A stretch of DNA of 64,000 nucleotides from an uncultured Candidatus Saccharibacteria bacterium. GTDB taxonomy: Bacteria > Patescibacteriota > Minisyncoccia > Minisyncoccales > Staskawiczbacteraceae. The notes beneath the pieces are model-generated. The model was given only the letters and a program-made list of their open reading frames with translations. It searched no databases and had not been told where the DNA came from. Location of the stretch: contig CAYNHB010000001.1 of assembly GCA_964397155.1 (NCBI GenBank), positions 2,093 to 66,092 on the forward strand. Direction: 5' to 3'. This document shows positions 36,738 to 47,105 of this stretch, one piece after another. How positions within the stretch are numbered: position 1 is the first letter of the stretch; every line of letters begins with the position of its first letter. The translations under genes and the position numbers were made by a program.

Positions 36738-37792
36738 GTAAAAAAACCATACTTATAACCTCCGCATCCGGAGTGGGATTTCCAAGTTCCGGCCGCTATC
36801 TTAAAGGGTTGGGAAAAGAATTTAGAATTATAGGCACTGCCTTTGGAAAAGACGGATCGGGTTTTGCTTTCATTGACAAGGGGTATTTTATTTCCAAGCC
36901 AAAAGACAAGAATTATGTAAGTGATCTTTTAAGAATTTGTAAAAAAGAAAAAGTTAAAATTTTGATTCCATGTGATCCAAACGAGCTTATTTCAATTGCT
37001 AGCAATAGAGACAAATTTGAAAAGATAGGCACCTTGGTTTTGTTATCATCCTTAAAAAGCATACGGATTGCAGAAGATAAAGAAAGGTTCTTTATCTTCT
37101 GCAAAGAAAAGGGAATTCCTGTTCCAGATTTTATAAAGGTCAAAAATTACAAAGATTTTCGCAGGGCTGTTTTCAGATTGGGTTATCCTAAAAAGACAGT
37201 TTGCTTTAAGCCCAAAATTTCTAGCGGGAGCAGGGGATTTAGGATTTTGTCATCAAAAAATAACCGATTGCGCTCTCTTTTGAAGGGCCAGCCGGGAAGC
37301 ATTGTTGATTTTAATGAAGTTTGTTCAATTTTTAAAAAAGCTAAAAATTTTCCGGAAATTTTAGTTATGGAATTTTTATCTGGCAAAGAATATAGTGTTG
37401 ATATTTTAGCCAACAATGGAGATGCTCAAATTATCATTCCAAGAACAAGAGACAAGGTTCTTTTAGGAGCTAGTTTTTGGGGACAAGTTGTGAAGGAAAA
37501 AGAAATTATTGAATGTTCTAAAAACATAGTTGAGGGCCTTAATCTTAGCACAATAGTGGGGATACAATTTATAAAAGATAGAAAAGGCGCCCTGAAAGCA
37601 CTAGAAGTGAATCCGAGGATCCATGGCGCAGCGCTTCTTAGCGTCGCAGCTGGTGCTGATCTCGTGCTTTTAGCAATAAAAAACGCTTTAGGAGAAAACT
37701 GGAAGAAGCCAAAAATAAAATGGGGAACCAAGTTGTTCCGTTATTTTGACGAAATATATCAAGATGAAAAAGGAAAATTCTTTAAAATTTAA
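36734..37792 (+). CDS. ATP-grasp domain protein
   Basis: EDK, KP..SSGSRGF, MEFL.G.EYSVD, LEVNPRI.G. Confidence 0.85.
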   Translation: MSKKTILITSASGVGFPSSGRYLKGLGKEFRIIGTAFGKDGSGFAFIDKGYFISKPKDKNYVSDLLRICKKEKVKILIPCDPNELISIASNRDKFEKIGTLVLLSSLKSIRIAEDKERFFIFCKEKGIPVPDFIKVKNYKDFRRAVFRLGYPKKTVCFKPKISSGSRGFRILSSKNNRLRSLLKGQPGSIVDFNEVCSIFKKAKNFPEILVMEFLSGKEYSVDILANNGDAQIIIPRTRDKVLLGASFWGQVVKEKEIIECSKNIVEGLNLSTIVGIQFIKDRKGALKALEVNPRIHGAALLSVAAGADLVLLAIKNALGENWKKPKIKWGTKLFRYFDEIYQDEKGKFFKI

Positions 37793-38741
37793 TACTATCT
37801 GCCCGATTTGCAATAGCCGAAAAAACAGATTTCAAAGAAGTATTTCTAAATACAAATTATTTAGTTGTTTAGGTTGCAACGGAGAATTTTCTTGGCCAAC
37901 AAAAAGCTTGACTGATTATAATAAGCCAACTCCAAAAAGGGACTTTGAAAAAGTAGTGGAAAAATCTTTAAGAAGAACTTTTACCTACTCCGCCCTAGCA
38001 ACTTTTTTGAGTTTGATAAAAAGGGGAACAATCTTAGATGTTGGAGCCGGTCCTGGAACTTTTATATTTCATGCGAACAGGCTGGGTTTTGATACGCATG
38101 CCATAGATTTATCAGAAAGTGAATTTAGGCAAAATTGTCCATTCGGCAAGTTCCATATTAGCAGTGGAGAGAAGTTTGATGTGCCAAAAGAGTGGCCTAG
38201 TACTTTTAATGTTATTTCGGCTTTAGATGTTTTAGAGCACGCAGAGGAGCCTCTTGTGGCGGGCCAGAATATATATAAACATTTGGCTGACGGAGGGTAT
38301 TTTATAGGAAGCTTGCCTAACAGAAACAGGTATTATTATAAACTTTTGGGAATGGTAGATGATTTTGTTCTTAAAGATTATGGAGGGGATAATCCTCCTT
38401 ATCACATGACTTTCTGGCGCAAGCAAACAGTCAAAGTTTTTTTGGAAAGCTTGGGTTTTAGAGATTATTATATTTTTTCAGGCGGTTTGGCGTGGAGAAA
38501 AAATATCTCTGTTGGCGGCAAGCGTTCAGCCATTCTTTCGGCATTAACCAACAAGTTTTATAAAAACACTTCAAAAATCCCATTGCCCATAATTAATTTT
38601 GTAGAACGATTTGGCCCTCATTTGATGTTCATTGCAAGAAAAGGAACAGTCAAGGGTGGTTTGCAAAAGACCGGAAATGTTGTTGAAAAAAAATTATATA
38701 ATAAGGAAATACCATTTTTTATTGATGGTGATATAGAATAA
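37764..38741 (+). CDS. Class I SAM methyltransferase with N-terminal Zn-ribbon
   Basis: CPIC...CLGC, LDVGAGPG, DVLEH, PPYH. Confidence 0.85.
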   Translation: MKKENSLKFNTICPICNSRKNRFQRSISKYKLFSCLGCNGEFSWPTKSLTDYNKPTPKRDFEKVVEKSLRRTFTYSALATFLSLIKRGTILDVGAGPGTFIFHANRLGFDTHAIDLSESEFRQNCPFGKFHISSGEKFDVPKEWPSTFNVISALDVLEHAEEPLVAGQNIYKHLADGGYFIGSLPNRNRYYYKLLGMVDDFVLKDYGGDNPPYHMTFWRKQTVKVFLESLGFRDYYIFSGGLAWRKNISVGGKRSAILSALTNKFYKNTSKIPLPIINFVERFGPHLMFIARKGTVKGGLQKTGNVVEKKLYNKEIPFFIDGDIE

Positions 38742-38742
38742 T

Positions 38743-39738
38743 ATGAAAAAAAGATATAAAGCAGTAGTAATCGGATGTGGCAAGGCTGGAGCGGAAGAAT
38801 GGAATTATTCTAAAAAAATCCGGCCAGAAACTCATGCTGCATCATACAAAAAACATTCCAAAATTGATTTGGTAGGTTTGGTAGATACTAATCAAAAAAA
38901 GATAGAGAATGCCGGTAAACATTTTCCAAATGTTCCTTTGTTTAATTCTGCTAAAGATATGTTTGAGAAAATAAAGCCGGATATTGTTTCTATTGCCACT
39001 AATTCTAATTCGCATGCTTCCTTAGTCAAAATGGCGGCAAAACAAAAAGTTCCTGCAATACTTTGTGAAAAACCTATTGCTGAATCCGTCAAACAAGCTG
39101 AAGAGATGATAAAAGCCTGTAAGCAGAATAAATCTTTATTATTTATTCACCACCAGCGCAGGTTTGATCCTTTGCTGCAACAGTGGAAAAAAAGGATAAA
39201 ATATGGTTTAATAGGTAAGATTGTCCAGGTAAATTGCTACTATTACAACGGGCTAATTAATAGCGGAACTCATGTTATTGACCTCTTAAGATTCTTCTTG
39301 GGCGATGTGGAGTGGGTAAAAGGTTTTACGAATAATCAAACCTCTTGGAAGAAAAATGATGACAATATAGACGCCTTGATTAAATTTAAAAATGGGACAT
39401 TGGCAACTCTGCAGACGCTCCCTAAAAACTATGGCCTTTCAGATTTTCACTTTTATGGAGAAAAAGGATATTTTGCCATAAAAAACTTAGGTTATGAGAT
39501 TGAATACAGAAAATTAATAGGAAATAAATACGGCAAAGGTTTCTATCAGTTATCTAGCAGTGTAGAAAAAAAAGGCAAGCCAAGAAGTTTGGTTATTTCT
39601 GTTGTAGATCACATGGTGTCTTGTCTTGATAAAAAAGCAAAACCAATTAGCAGCGGAGAGGATGGATTAGCAGCTATAAAAGTTATTTTTGCTTTAAAGG
39701 AAAGCGCTAAAAAGCAAGGTAAAACTATAAGGTTATGA
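38743..39738 (+). CDS. Gfo/Idh/MocA oxidoreductase
   Basis: VIGCG, CEKP, RRF, GTH.IDL. Confidence 0.9.
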   Translation: MKKRYKAVVIGCGKAGAEEWNYSKKIRPETHAASYKKHSKIDLVGLVDTNQKKIENAGKHFPNVPLFNSAKDMFEKIKPDIVSIATNSNSHASLVKMAAKQKVPAILCEKPIAESVKQAEEMIKACKQNKSLLFIHHQRRFDPLLQQWKKRIKYGLIGKIVQVNCYYYNGLINSGTHVIDLLRFFLGDVEWVKGFTNNQTSWKKNDDNIDALIKFKNGTLATLQTLPKNYGLSDFHFYGEKGYFAIKNLGYEIEYRKLIGNKYGKGFYQLSSSVEKKGKPRSLVISVVDHMVSCLDKKAKPISSGEDGLAAIKVIFALKESAKKQGKTIRL

Positions 39739-39771
39739 TGTAATTAGTAGTTATTTTAAATTAATAACAAA

Positions 39772-40557
39772 ATGAGTAATCAAAAGATTAACACAATTAT
39801 TTTATGCGGCGGGATGGGTACACGTTTGAGAGAGGAAACAGAATTTAAGCCAAAGCCCTTGGTGGAAGTGGGGGGCAAGCCGATTTTGTGGCACATTATG
39901 AAGATTTACAGCCACTATGGCTACAAAGATTTTGTTTTAGCCTTAGGTTATAAAGGAAGCCAGATAAAAGATTATTTTTTAAGACAAAAATATTATACTT
40001 GCGATTTTTCGTTTAATCCGAGCCACGGAAAAGTCAGCGGTTTTTTTCAAAACGGCGAAGAGGATAATTTTAATATTATTTTTGCTGAAACAGGATTGGA
40101 AACCCCACACGGAGAAAGAGTTTTAAAAGTTAAAAAACATGTTCCCGAAGAAATTTTTATGGTTACTTATGGCGACGGAGTGAGCGACATAGACATTAAT
40201 AAACTGATAGAATTTCACAAAAGCCATGGAAAAATAGCAACCATTACCGGGATTCACCCTTCTTCAAGGTGGGGGCTGGTTAATTCAGATGAAAATAATA
40301 TAGTCACAGAATTTGCCCAGAAACCCCTGCTTTACGATTATATAAACGGGGGTTTTATGGTTTTTAACAAAGAGTTTTTTGATTATTTAAAAGAAGGAGA
40401 CATGATAGAAGACGCTTTATCAAGATTGATACCTGAAAAGCAATTAGCTCTTTATAAGCATGAGGGCTTTTGGTATGCGATGGATACTTACAGGGATTTT
40501 TTGCTATTAAATGAGTTTTGGGAAAAAAACCCAAAATGGAAAATATGGCAAGATTAA
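39772..40557 (+). CDS. rfbF: Glucose-1-phosphate cytidylyltransferase
   Basis: LCGGMGTRLREETEFKPKPLVEVGGKPILWHIMK, TYGDGVSD, INGGF, FW.AMDT.RD. Confidence 0.9.
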   Translation: MSNQKINTIILCGGMGTRLREETEFKPKPLVEVGGKPILWHIMKIYSHYGYKDFVLALGYKGSQIKDYFLRQKYYTCDFSFNPSHGKVSGFFQNGEEDNFNIIFAETGLETPHGERVLKVKKHVPEEIFMVTYGDGVSDIDINKLIEFHKSHGKIATITGIHPSSRWGLVNSDENNIVTEFAQKPLLYDYINGGFMVFNKEFFDYLKEGDMIEDALSRLIPEKQLALYKHEGFWYAMDTYRDFLLLNEFWEKNPKWKIWQD

Positions 40558-41492
40558 CTTCAAGCAAAATTTTAGTTACTGGCGGGGCAGGTTTTATTGG
40601 CAGCCATTTGGCAAACGAACTTATAAGGCAAGGCAATAAAGTAATTGTTGTTGACGATTTGTCTTCTGGCAAAAAAGAAAATGTAAGCCCCAAAGCTAAA
40701 TTTTATAAAACAGATGTTAGAAGCAATAAAATTGCTGAAATTTTTAAGAAAGAAAAACCAGAAGTTGTTTTTCATTTTGCTGCCAGGCCATTGGTCCAAG
40801 ATGCTTATAAAAACCCCTATGAGGCAATTGAGGTGAATATTATGGGTACTGTTAATGTTTTAGAGGCCTGCAGGCAACAAAAAAACATAAAGTCAATTAT
40901 TGTTGTTTCTTCAGACAAGGCATATGGCAAAGCAAAAGAATTGCCTTATAAAGAGGATCACCCATTAAGGGGTGACCACCCATATGACGCATCCAAATCA
41001 TCGGCTGATTTAATAGCAAGGGCGTATTTTACAACCTATGGTCTGCCAATTAAAATCACCAGATTCAGCAATGTTTTTGGTCCGGGCGACTTAAATTTTT
41101 CGAGAATTATTCCAGGTATAGTGGAATCTGCGATAAAAAACAAAAAACTTTTGATAAGAAGCGACGGGAAAATGATAAGAGAATATACCTATATTAAAGA
41201 TATAGTGAACGGATGCATCAGATTGGCCGGCCATAAAAAAGACCTTGGAGAGGCGTTTAATTTTGGTTCGGAAAATGTTTTAAGCGTTTTAGATATTGTG
41301 AAGAAATCAGAAGTCGCGCTTGGTAAAAAAATTAATTATAAGATATTGAATATTGCCAAAAATGAAATACCAGAGCAATATCTTGACTGGTCGAAGGCAA
41401 AAGAAAAATTGCGCTGGCAGCCAGAAACAACTTTTGAAAAAGGAATTCAAGAAACATACGATTGGTTTAATAAGGAAAAGTTCTTTTCATAA
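40545..41492 (+). CDS. NDP-sugar 4,6-dehydratase (CDP-glucose 4,6-dehydratase-like)
   Basis: TGGAGFIG, AARPLV, SSDKAYG, HPYDASKS, GPGDLN.SRIIP. Confidence 0.8.
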   Translation: MARLTSSKILVTGGAGFIGSHLANELIRQGNKVIVVDDLSSGKKENVSPKAKFYKTDVRSNKIAEIFKKEKPEVVFHFAARPLVQDAYKNPYEAIEVNIMGTVNVLEACRQQKNIKSIIVVSSDKAYGKAKELPYKEDHPLRGDHPYDASKSSADLIARAYFTTYGLPIKITRFSNVFGPGDLNFSRIIPGIVESAIKNKKLLIRSDGKMIREYTYIKDIVNGCIRLAGHKKDLGEAFNFGSENVLSVLDIVKKSEVALGKKINYKILNIAKNEIPEQYLDWSKAKEKLRWQPETTFEKGIQETYDWFNKEKFFS

Positions 41493-41541
41493 AAAAAGCA
41501 CGTTCATTGGTACATACCTTGGTACGTACCAATGAACGTGC
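41491..41541 (-). terminator. Long-stem terminator of the antisense Nudix gene
   Basis: GCACGTTCATTGGTAC-A-TACC-TT-GGTA-C-GTACCAATGAACGTGC. The mismatch becomes a G-U pair on the minus strand, followed by U7. Confidence 0.75.
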
Positions 41542-41582
41542 ATACGTGATCGGTTAAGACCGCGCGGTCCCAACAGAATCTA

Positions 41583-42167
41583 TCAGGAATTTTGTAAGAG
41601 CAGTTCGGTGGCGTGGTCGGACCTGAAGATTCCGACCGCCGCTGGTATGATTATCTCCTTGTGGTGCAAGACTGTGTTGCTTGGCAGGTGGTCTATTGGC
41701 CACCAAGAACCCCTTCCTCCTTCGGATTTTTCAAATTCACAGAGGTATATCATTGATTGAAAATGCCCTCGTTTTTCTGTGGTATGGTTGAAGTTGCGGA
41801 CGAACTCGTACCGTTTCAGTCGCGCGTCAAACTCCTCCCTTTTGGCGAGTCGCAGAAAAACATCCTCAATTTCCTCACCAGCTCGCTGAATTGAGCCCGG
41901 GCAATGCCACTGGCCAGGGTAGGCCGTGTCGTGTGTTGAGCGTCGAGTGAGATAGACATTAATAGAAGGGTGCGGGGAGGTGTCGATCTGATGGATAGAT
42001 TTCGCTATGCAGAGCCACACCGCTTCCACAGCGGGCTGGACGACAATCAGAGATATGGCGTTGAAAAGGTTTGTCCCGAGAGGCTTTCTTCCGTCCACCT
42101 TTTCAAGGAGCTCCAGGAGTTGGTCCATCTCTTCATCGGATAACGGTTGTTGGTCGTTTCTGGTCAT
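41583..42167 (-). CDS. Nudix hydrolase (GDP-mannose mannosyl hydrolase-like)
   Basis: YPGQWHCPGSIQRAGEEIEDVFLRLAKREE degenerate Nudix box; ATG 42167 preceded by AAAGGA. Confidence 0.7.
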   Translation of the reverse strand: MTRNDQQPLSDEEMDQLLELLEKVDGRKPLGTNLFNAISLIVVQPAVEAVWLCIAKSIHQIDTSPHPSINVYLTRRSTHDTAYPGQWHCPGSIQRAGEEIEDVFLRLAKREEFDARLKRYEFVRNFNHTTEKRGHFQSMIYLCEFEKSEGGRGSWWPIDHLPSNTVLHHKEIIIPAAVGIFRSDHATELLLQNS

Positions 42168-42245
42168 CAGACACAGTCCTTTTTTCAAATTGGTCAAATA
42201 TTGACAAAAAACAAGTCAAAGAAATAATAACAAATAATTGTATAT

Positions 42246-43025
42246 ATGTCAATAGAAAACAAACAGTCAGTAGAGTTGTGGGATAATTATTACAGAGAAG
42301 AAAAAACAAACCCTAAGGTCGGGTTTTTCAGTTCTTATGATATATTTTTACATGACGCTATTTTGGCAAAATATCTGCCGTTTAATAAGAAAAGCAAAGA
42401 AGAGGTTAAGATTTGTGAAATTGGGTCTGGCGACGGAAAGTTATTAAAGAAAATTGCAGATAACTTTAATTATGAACCGTTTGGAATAGAAAATGCCCAA
42501 GAACCGATTAGGCAAGCTAGAGACAGGGGAATAAATATGATTGAAGGAGATGTATTTGATGAAGCTATTTTAGAAAAATATAATGGATATTTTGATGTGG
42601 TTTATTCTTACGGTTTTATAGAACATATTATGCCACCAGAAAAAGCTGTAGAGATTCATTTAAGGCTTTTAAAAAAGGGAGGATATTTCTTTATACAAAT
42701 ACCCCGTTTAAAAGGGTTTAATTATTTACGGTTTAAGATATTCAGGCCCGATCTTTTGCCTCTTCATAATTTAACAATAATGGAAGAAGAGCAGTTAAGG
42801 CGATTTTGCAAAAAAGAAAGTGTTCAAGAGTTGTTTTGTAAAAATTATGGAACATTTAAACTGAGAGTTCCCATGCCCAAGAAAAATATTTTCTGGTTTA
42901 TTCTTAGGGTAGTATATAGTTTAGAATTTATTTTAAATCCTATTTGCAGGATTGTTTTTAAGGATAACGGCTTTGAAACAAGGCTGTTCAGTCCCTGCGT
43001 TATGTTTATAGGAAAAAAAAATTAG
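42246..43025 (+). CDS. Class I SAM methyltransferase
   Basis: CEIGSGDG, FDVVYSYGFIEH, LKKGG. Confidence 0.85.
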   Translation: MSIENKQSVELWDNYYREEKTNPKVGFFSSYDIFLHDAILAKYLPFNKKSKEEVKICEIGSGDGKLLKKIADNFNYEPFGIENAQEPIRQARDRGINMIEGDVFDEAILEKYNGYFDVVYSYGFIEHIMPPEKAVEIHLRLLKKGGYFFIQIPRLKGFNYLRFKIFRPDLLPLHNLTIMEEEQLRRFCKKESVQELFCKNYGTFKLRVPMPKKNIFWFILRVVYSLEFILNPICRIVFKDNGFETRLFSPCVMFIGKKN

Positions 43026-43028
43026 TTT

Positions 43029-44153
43029 ATGAATAATAAAATTTTACTAAGCTTTGCTATTCCAACTTATAACAGGGCCAATTCTTTAGAAAAGCTTTTA
43101 AATAATGTTTTACCTCAAGCAAAAGAATTGAAGGATGATGTTGAAATATGCATTTCCGATAATGGTTCAACAGACAATACGCGGGAGGTAGTGGCTGGTT
43201 TTAAGAATAAGTATCCGGACTTGACAATAAAATATAGCAAGAATAAAGAAAATTTAGGAGTTGATGCAAACATAATTAAAGTAGCGGACATGTGTGATGG
43301 AGATTTTGTTTGGACATTTGGAGATGATGATCTTATTGTAAGCAGTGGTTTAAATGCGGTTGTTAGCTTTCTGAAAAAAAATAAAGAAAATTATATAAAA
43401 GATATTGGATTGATTGTTCTTAGAGTAAAATCATATTTTATTGACAAGCAAACTGGGAAAAAAACAATTTATGTGGATACTTTTGACAAGAATAAGCCAG
43501 AGACCATTAAAATAGACAGAAAAGAGGTTATCGGGCTAAGTTTTCCGCAAATCGCCTTTTTATCAATATTAATTTATAACAATAGCCTGCTTAAAGGATT
43601 ATTGGCAGAAGATAGAGCTTTTGCTGAGAAAGGAATCGGGACAAGCCATAACCACATAGTACTGCTTTCTTTAATGTTTATGAAGTATCCTCATGCTAAT
43701 GGAGTTGTCTTTAATAAAGAAATGGTTAGTCAAGAATTATCTCAATACAAATATTTTATTGAGGATAAATTTATGTTGCATTATCAAATGCAAAAGAAAA
43801 TAAACAACTTGTTGCTGTCTTATAAGCATACAAGCGATGATTATGCGCCTTTGTTTACTCAAAGATATAAAGGATTGTTAAGATGGGGTGTTGTAATAGA
43901 CATGATGGTGATGAGAGCCTTTAAGAGTTTTAATTATTTTTCATATTTTGGCTGTTTAAAGTTGTTTTTTAAACACGCAACATTCATAGATGCGCTGTTG
44001 TTTTCCTTCACATTTTCAGTTCTTTTTTTGATCCCCCCTGTAATTTTAACTTCTTTGTATAAGGGTCTGCTAATAATCAGGCATGGCAAAAAATGGAAAG
44101 AGAAATGGGATTTTATAGACAATGCGACTTCCAAGCCGAGAGGCGGAGATTAA
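43029..44153 (+). CDS. Glycosyltransferase family 2
   Basis: IPTYNRA, ISDNGSTD, NLG.D.N, GDDD. Confidence 0.9.
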   Translation: MNNKILLSFAIPTYNRANSLEKLLNNVLPQAKELKDDVEICISDNGSTDNTREVVAGFKNKYPDLTIKYSKNKENLGVDANIIKVADMCDGDFVWTFGDDDLIVSSGLNAVVSFLKKNKENYIKDIGLIVLRVKSYFIDKQTGKKTIYVDTFDKNKPETIKIDRKEVIGLSFPQIAFLSILIYNNSLLKGLLAEDRAFAEKGIGTSHNHIVLLSLMFMKYPHANGVVFNKEMVSQELSQYKYFIEDKFMLHYQMQKKINNLLLSYKHTSDDYAPLFTQRYKGLLRWGVVIDMMVMRAFKSFNYFSYFGCLKLFFKHATFIDALLFSFTFSVLFLIPPVILTSLYKGLLIIRHGKKWKEKWDFIDNATSKPRGGD

Positions 44154-44199
44154 AGGCACAAGAAGAAGAAACGAGCAACCACATTAATTTTTTTTAAAA

Positions 44200-45663
44200 A
44201 TGTATTCATATTTTAAATTTGCAAAGCACACTTTCCTTATAGGCGCGCTCCAGGCGTCAGGGATTATACAAATTCTGATTTTTTTGCCTATTATTACAAA
44301 AATTCTTGGCGCAGAAGATTATGGAATTTGGACTCAGTTAAAAGTTACGATAAGTTTGTTGACTCCGCTTGCTTTTTTTGGTTTAGGTGATGCTATATTA
44401 AGATTCGTATCTGGAGAAAAAGATAAAGAAAAAATTCAAGAGGGAGTTTATTCTTCTTTAGTTTTTATTTCAGGCGTCGCCTTAATAATGGCTTTGCTTA
44501 TAATAGTATTTTCAGAACCAATTGCTGCATTTTTTGGATTCGCTTCAATATTTGTTAAGCTCCTTGCCTTAATGATTATCTTCGAATCTTTTATCGCGGC
44601 TTTTTTGACTATAATTTATGCCAGAAGAGAAATAGAAAAATATTTTTGGTTTTCAATTTTAAAAACATTTGGGGAAACTGGATTAATGATTGGGGCAATT
44701 GTGCTTGGCTACGGATTATACGTCGCAGTTCTTTGGCTTTTGTTCTTTAGAATATTAGTCGCTTTAATTTTATTTATTTATATTATTAAGAAGATCGGCA
44801 TAAAAATTCCTAATTTTTCGTTAATAGGGGAATATATGCATTTTGGCGTGCCCACAATGGCCAACAATCTTTCTTATTGGTTAGTTGCTTCTGTCGACAG
44901 GTATATTATTGGATTATTTCTTGGAGTGCTTTTTGTTGGTTATTATGCTCCGGCTTACTCTATTGGAATGCTTTTAGTGGTTTTTATAATTCCTATTACT
45001 TCTATATTAACAGTGGTTTTGCCTAAGTTTTTTGACGATAATAATCTTGACGAAGTGAGAAAATATTTAAGGTATTCTCTGAAATATTTTTTATTAATAA
45101 TGATTCCTGCGGTTTTTGGATTATCCATCTTATCTCGCCAACTGCTTAACATTCTTTCTACTGAAGAAATCGCAAATAACTCTTATCTTGTTGTTCCTTT
45201 TATAGCAACAAGCATGCTTGTATATGGAATTGCTTCCTTTTTCAACCAAATTTTATTTCTTGTTAAAAAAACAAAACTTATTGCAGTAATCTGGGCAATA
45301 GCTGCTTTTTTAAATCTTGGATTAAACATAGTCTTTATTCCCAAATTTGGAATTATTGCTGCTGCTGGTACCACTCTTTTATCTTATTTTTGCGCCTTTA
45401 TTTTAATATGGTATTTTGCTTTTAAAGAAATCCAATTTGAAATTGAATGGAATTTTATGATTAAAAGCATTGTAGCATCAAGCTTGATGGTTTTGTTTAT
45501 AAAATGGTTTAGTTCGGGGGGTTTTTTGAACCTCGTTTTATCAGTTATTTTAAGTGTTTTTGTCTACGGCATTTTGATATTTTTGTTGAGAGGTGTTGGC
45601 AAAAAAGAGATTAGGTTTTTAAAGGAACTAATTAATCCCCCTACCCAAAACATAAAAACATGA
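44200..45663 (+). CDS. wzx: Wzx-type polysaccharide flippase
   Basis: About 14 TM; LPIITKILGAEDYG, DRYII...VGYY, LN..IP.FG..AA. Confidence 0.85.
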   Translation: MYSYFKFAKHTFLIGALQASGIIQILIFLPIITKILGAEDYGIWTQLKVTISLLTPLAFFGLGDAILRFVSGEKDKEKIQEGVYSSLVFISGVALIMALLIIVFSEPIAAFFGFASIFVKLLALMIIFESFIAAFLTIIYARREIEKYFWFSILKTFGETGLMIGAIVLGYGLYVAVLWLLFFRILVALILFIYIIKKIGIKIPNFSLIGEYMHFGVPTMANNLSYWLVASVDRYIIGLFLGVLFVGYYAPAYSIGMLLVVFIIPITSILTVVLPKFFDDNNLDEVRKYLRYSLKYFLLIMIPAVFGLSILSRQLLNILSTEEIANNSYLVVPFIATSMLVYGIASFFNQILFLVKKTKLIAVIWAIAAFLNLGLNIVFIPKFGIIAAAGTTLLSYFCAFILIWYFAFKEIQFEIEWNFMIKSIVASSLMVLFIKWFSSGGFLNLVLSVILSVFVYGILIFLLRGVGKKEIRFLKELINPPTQNIKT

Positions 45664-47087
45664 AATGGCTTTTTCTAACAAATAACGCTTTATTTCTATC
45701 GGAGTTTTTTGGAAAACTCGCTAATGAAGCAATGGAACAGGGAGATGATTGCCTTGTGGTTTGGAATAGTAAGGTTGCTGAATATGGCAAAAAGAAATTT
45801 TTTCCTAAAGAAGCAAAGTTTATTTCAAAAATTGATTGGTGTATTGAAAACTATAAACCAGAGCAAAAAGAGTTTGGTAATTTATCGTGGAAAGAATTAT
45901 TTTCTGTTTTTGACAGGTCTAAGTCAACAAAAAACTTTAGCTATGATAATTCGCTAAAAATGGTCTCGCACCTTTACCAGTTTTTTAAATTTGTTTTTCA
46001 AAAAGAAAAACCAGATGTAGTAATTGGTGAATCACCAACTGATTTATTTCACGAAGTAGCTTTTTATTTTTGTAAGATAAATAATATACCTTATGTCGGT
46101 TTGGGTGGATCTAGATTCAACGATAGAATAGAGCTTTTTGATCTGAAATTTACTTACTCAAAAAATGAAGAAAGTTTTAAAGAAATCAAGGACGAAGATA
46201 TATCAGAAAAAGAAAAAGAATTTGCTAAAAACTTTATAGAACAATTTATATCCCACAAATACATACCGTCTTATGTCGGTTTGGGTAAGTTCCGCCTTAG
46301 CCAATTTGGGATTATAAAACATTATCTTGAAAAAATAAAAACAGACAGCTCTTGGTCTTGGCAATATTTAAAGAAAAGAAAATATTTTAAAGATATTGAT
46401 TACGAAAGCGAGGCTAGAATGAGAAGATCGTTTTCTGCTCCTTTAAGAATGGAAAAACGACAATTTAGAATTTTATTTCAAAAAAAGATTTTTTCTAAAA
46501 TTAATAATAACGATATTTTTTTTCTTTATCCCTTGCAATATCAGCCAGAAGCATCTACCTCTGTTGGAGCAACTTATTATTCTGACCAATTAAGCACAAT
46601 TAGCAATATAGCATTTTCATTGCCTCTTCCTTATAAGCTATATGTAAAAGAGCATTTAGCGTCTATTGGATTAAGAAAAAACAATTTTTACAAAAAATTA
46701 CAGCAAATTCCAAATATAGTTTTAATTCCTTATTCTGAAAACGTAGAAAAACTTGTTAGAAAGTCATCTGGTGTTATCACTTTAAACAGCACCATTGGAA
46801 TGGAAGCGGTTCTTTCTGGAAAGGCAACATATGCTCTAGGAAAATCGTCTTATTCTTATCATCCTTTATGCAGAAAAGTTAAAAATTTTGAAGAATTGAA
46901 AAAAAAGATAGAAGACGATTTAGTTGACAAACCGAGGATAGATGATTTGGAAAATATTAATTATCGTTTTATTGTTTCTTGGTTCAGAAATACGATTAAG
47001 GGCAGTATTGTTTCCGCAAGCCAGGGAAAAGATATTAATGATTATAGGTTAATTTATGAAAACCTGAAGAAAGTATTATTAAGATAA
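45660..47087 (+). CDS. Capsule-biosynthesis protein (KpsS/Capsule_synth-like; candidate nonulosonate transferase)
   Basis: YPLQYQPEAS, LYVKEH, VITLNSTIGMEA..GK. Confidence 0.7.
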   Translation: MKWLFLTNNALFLSEFFGKLANEAMEQGDDCLVVWNSKVAEYGKKKFFPKEAKFISKIDWCIENYKPEQKEFGNLSWKELFSVFDRSKSTKNFSYDNSLKMVSHLYQFFKFVFQKEKPDVVIGESPTDLFHEVAFYFCKINNIPYVGLGGSRFNDRIELFDLKFTYSKNEESFKEIKDEDISEKEKEFAKNFIEQFISHKYIPSYVGLGKFRLSQFGIIKHYLEKIKTDSSWSWQYLKKRKYFKDIDYESEARMRRSFSAPLRMEKRQFRILFQKKIFSKINNNDIFFLYPLQYQPEASTSVGATYYSDQLSTISNIAFSLPLPYKLYVKEHLASIGLRKNNFYKKLQQIPNIVLIPYSENVEKLVRKSSGVITLNSTIGMEAVLSGKATYALGKSSYSYHPLCRKVKNFEELKKKIEDDLVDKPRIDDLENINYRFIVSWFRNTIKGSIVSASQGKDINDYRLIYENLKKVLLR

Positions 47088-47105
47088 AAAAATAAGATTA
47101 AAATT

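Noticed and set aside
44130-44187. Possible frameshift or palindromic insert (TCCAAGCC-GAGA-GGCGGA) at the GT2 3' end, with a +1 tail GTRRRNEQPH
   Set aside because: The hairpin is imperfect and no homologue alignment is available to show the tail is real.
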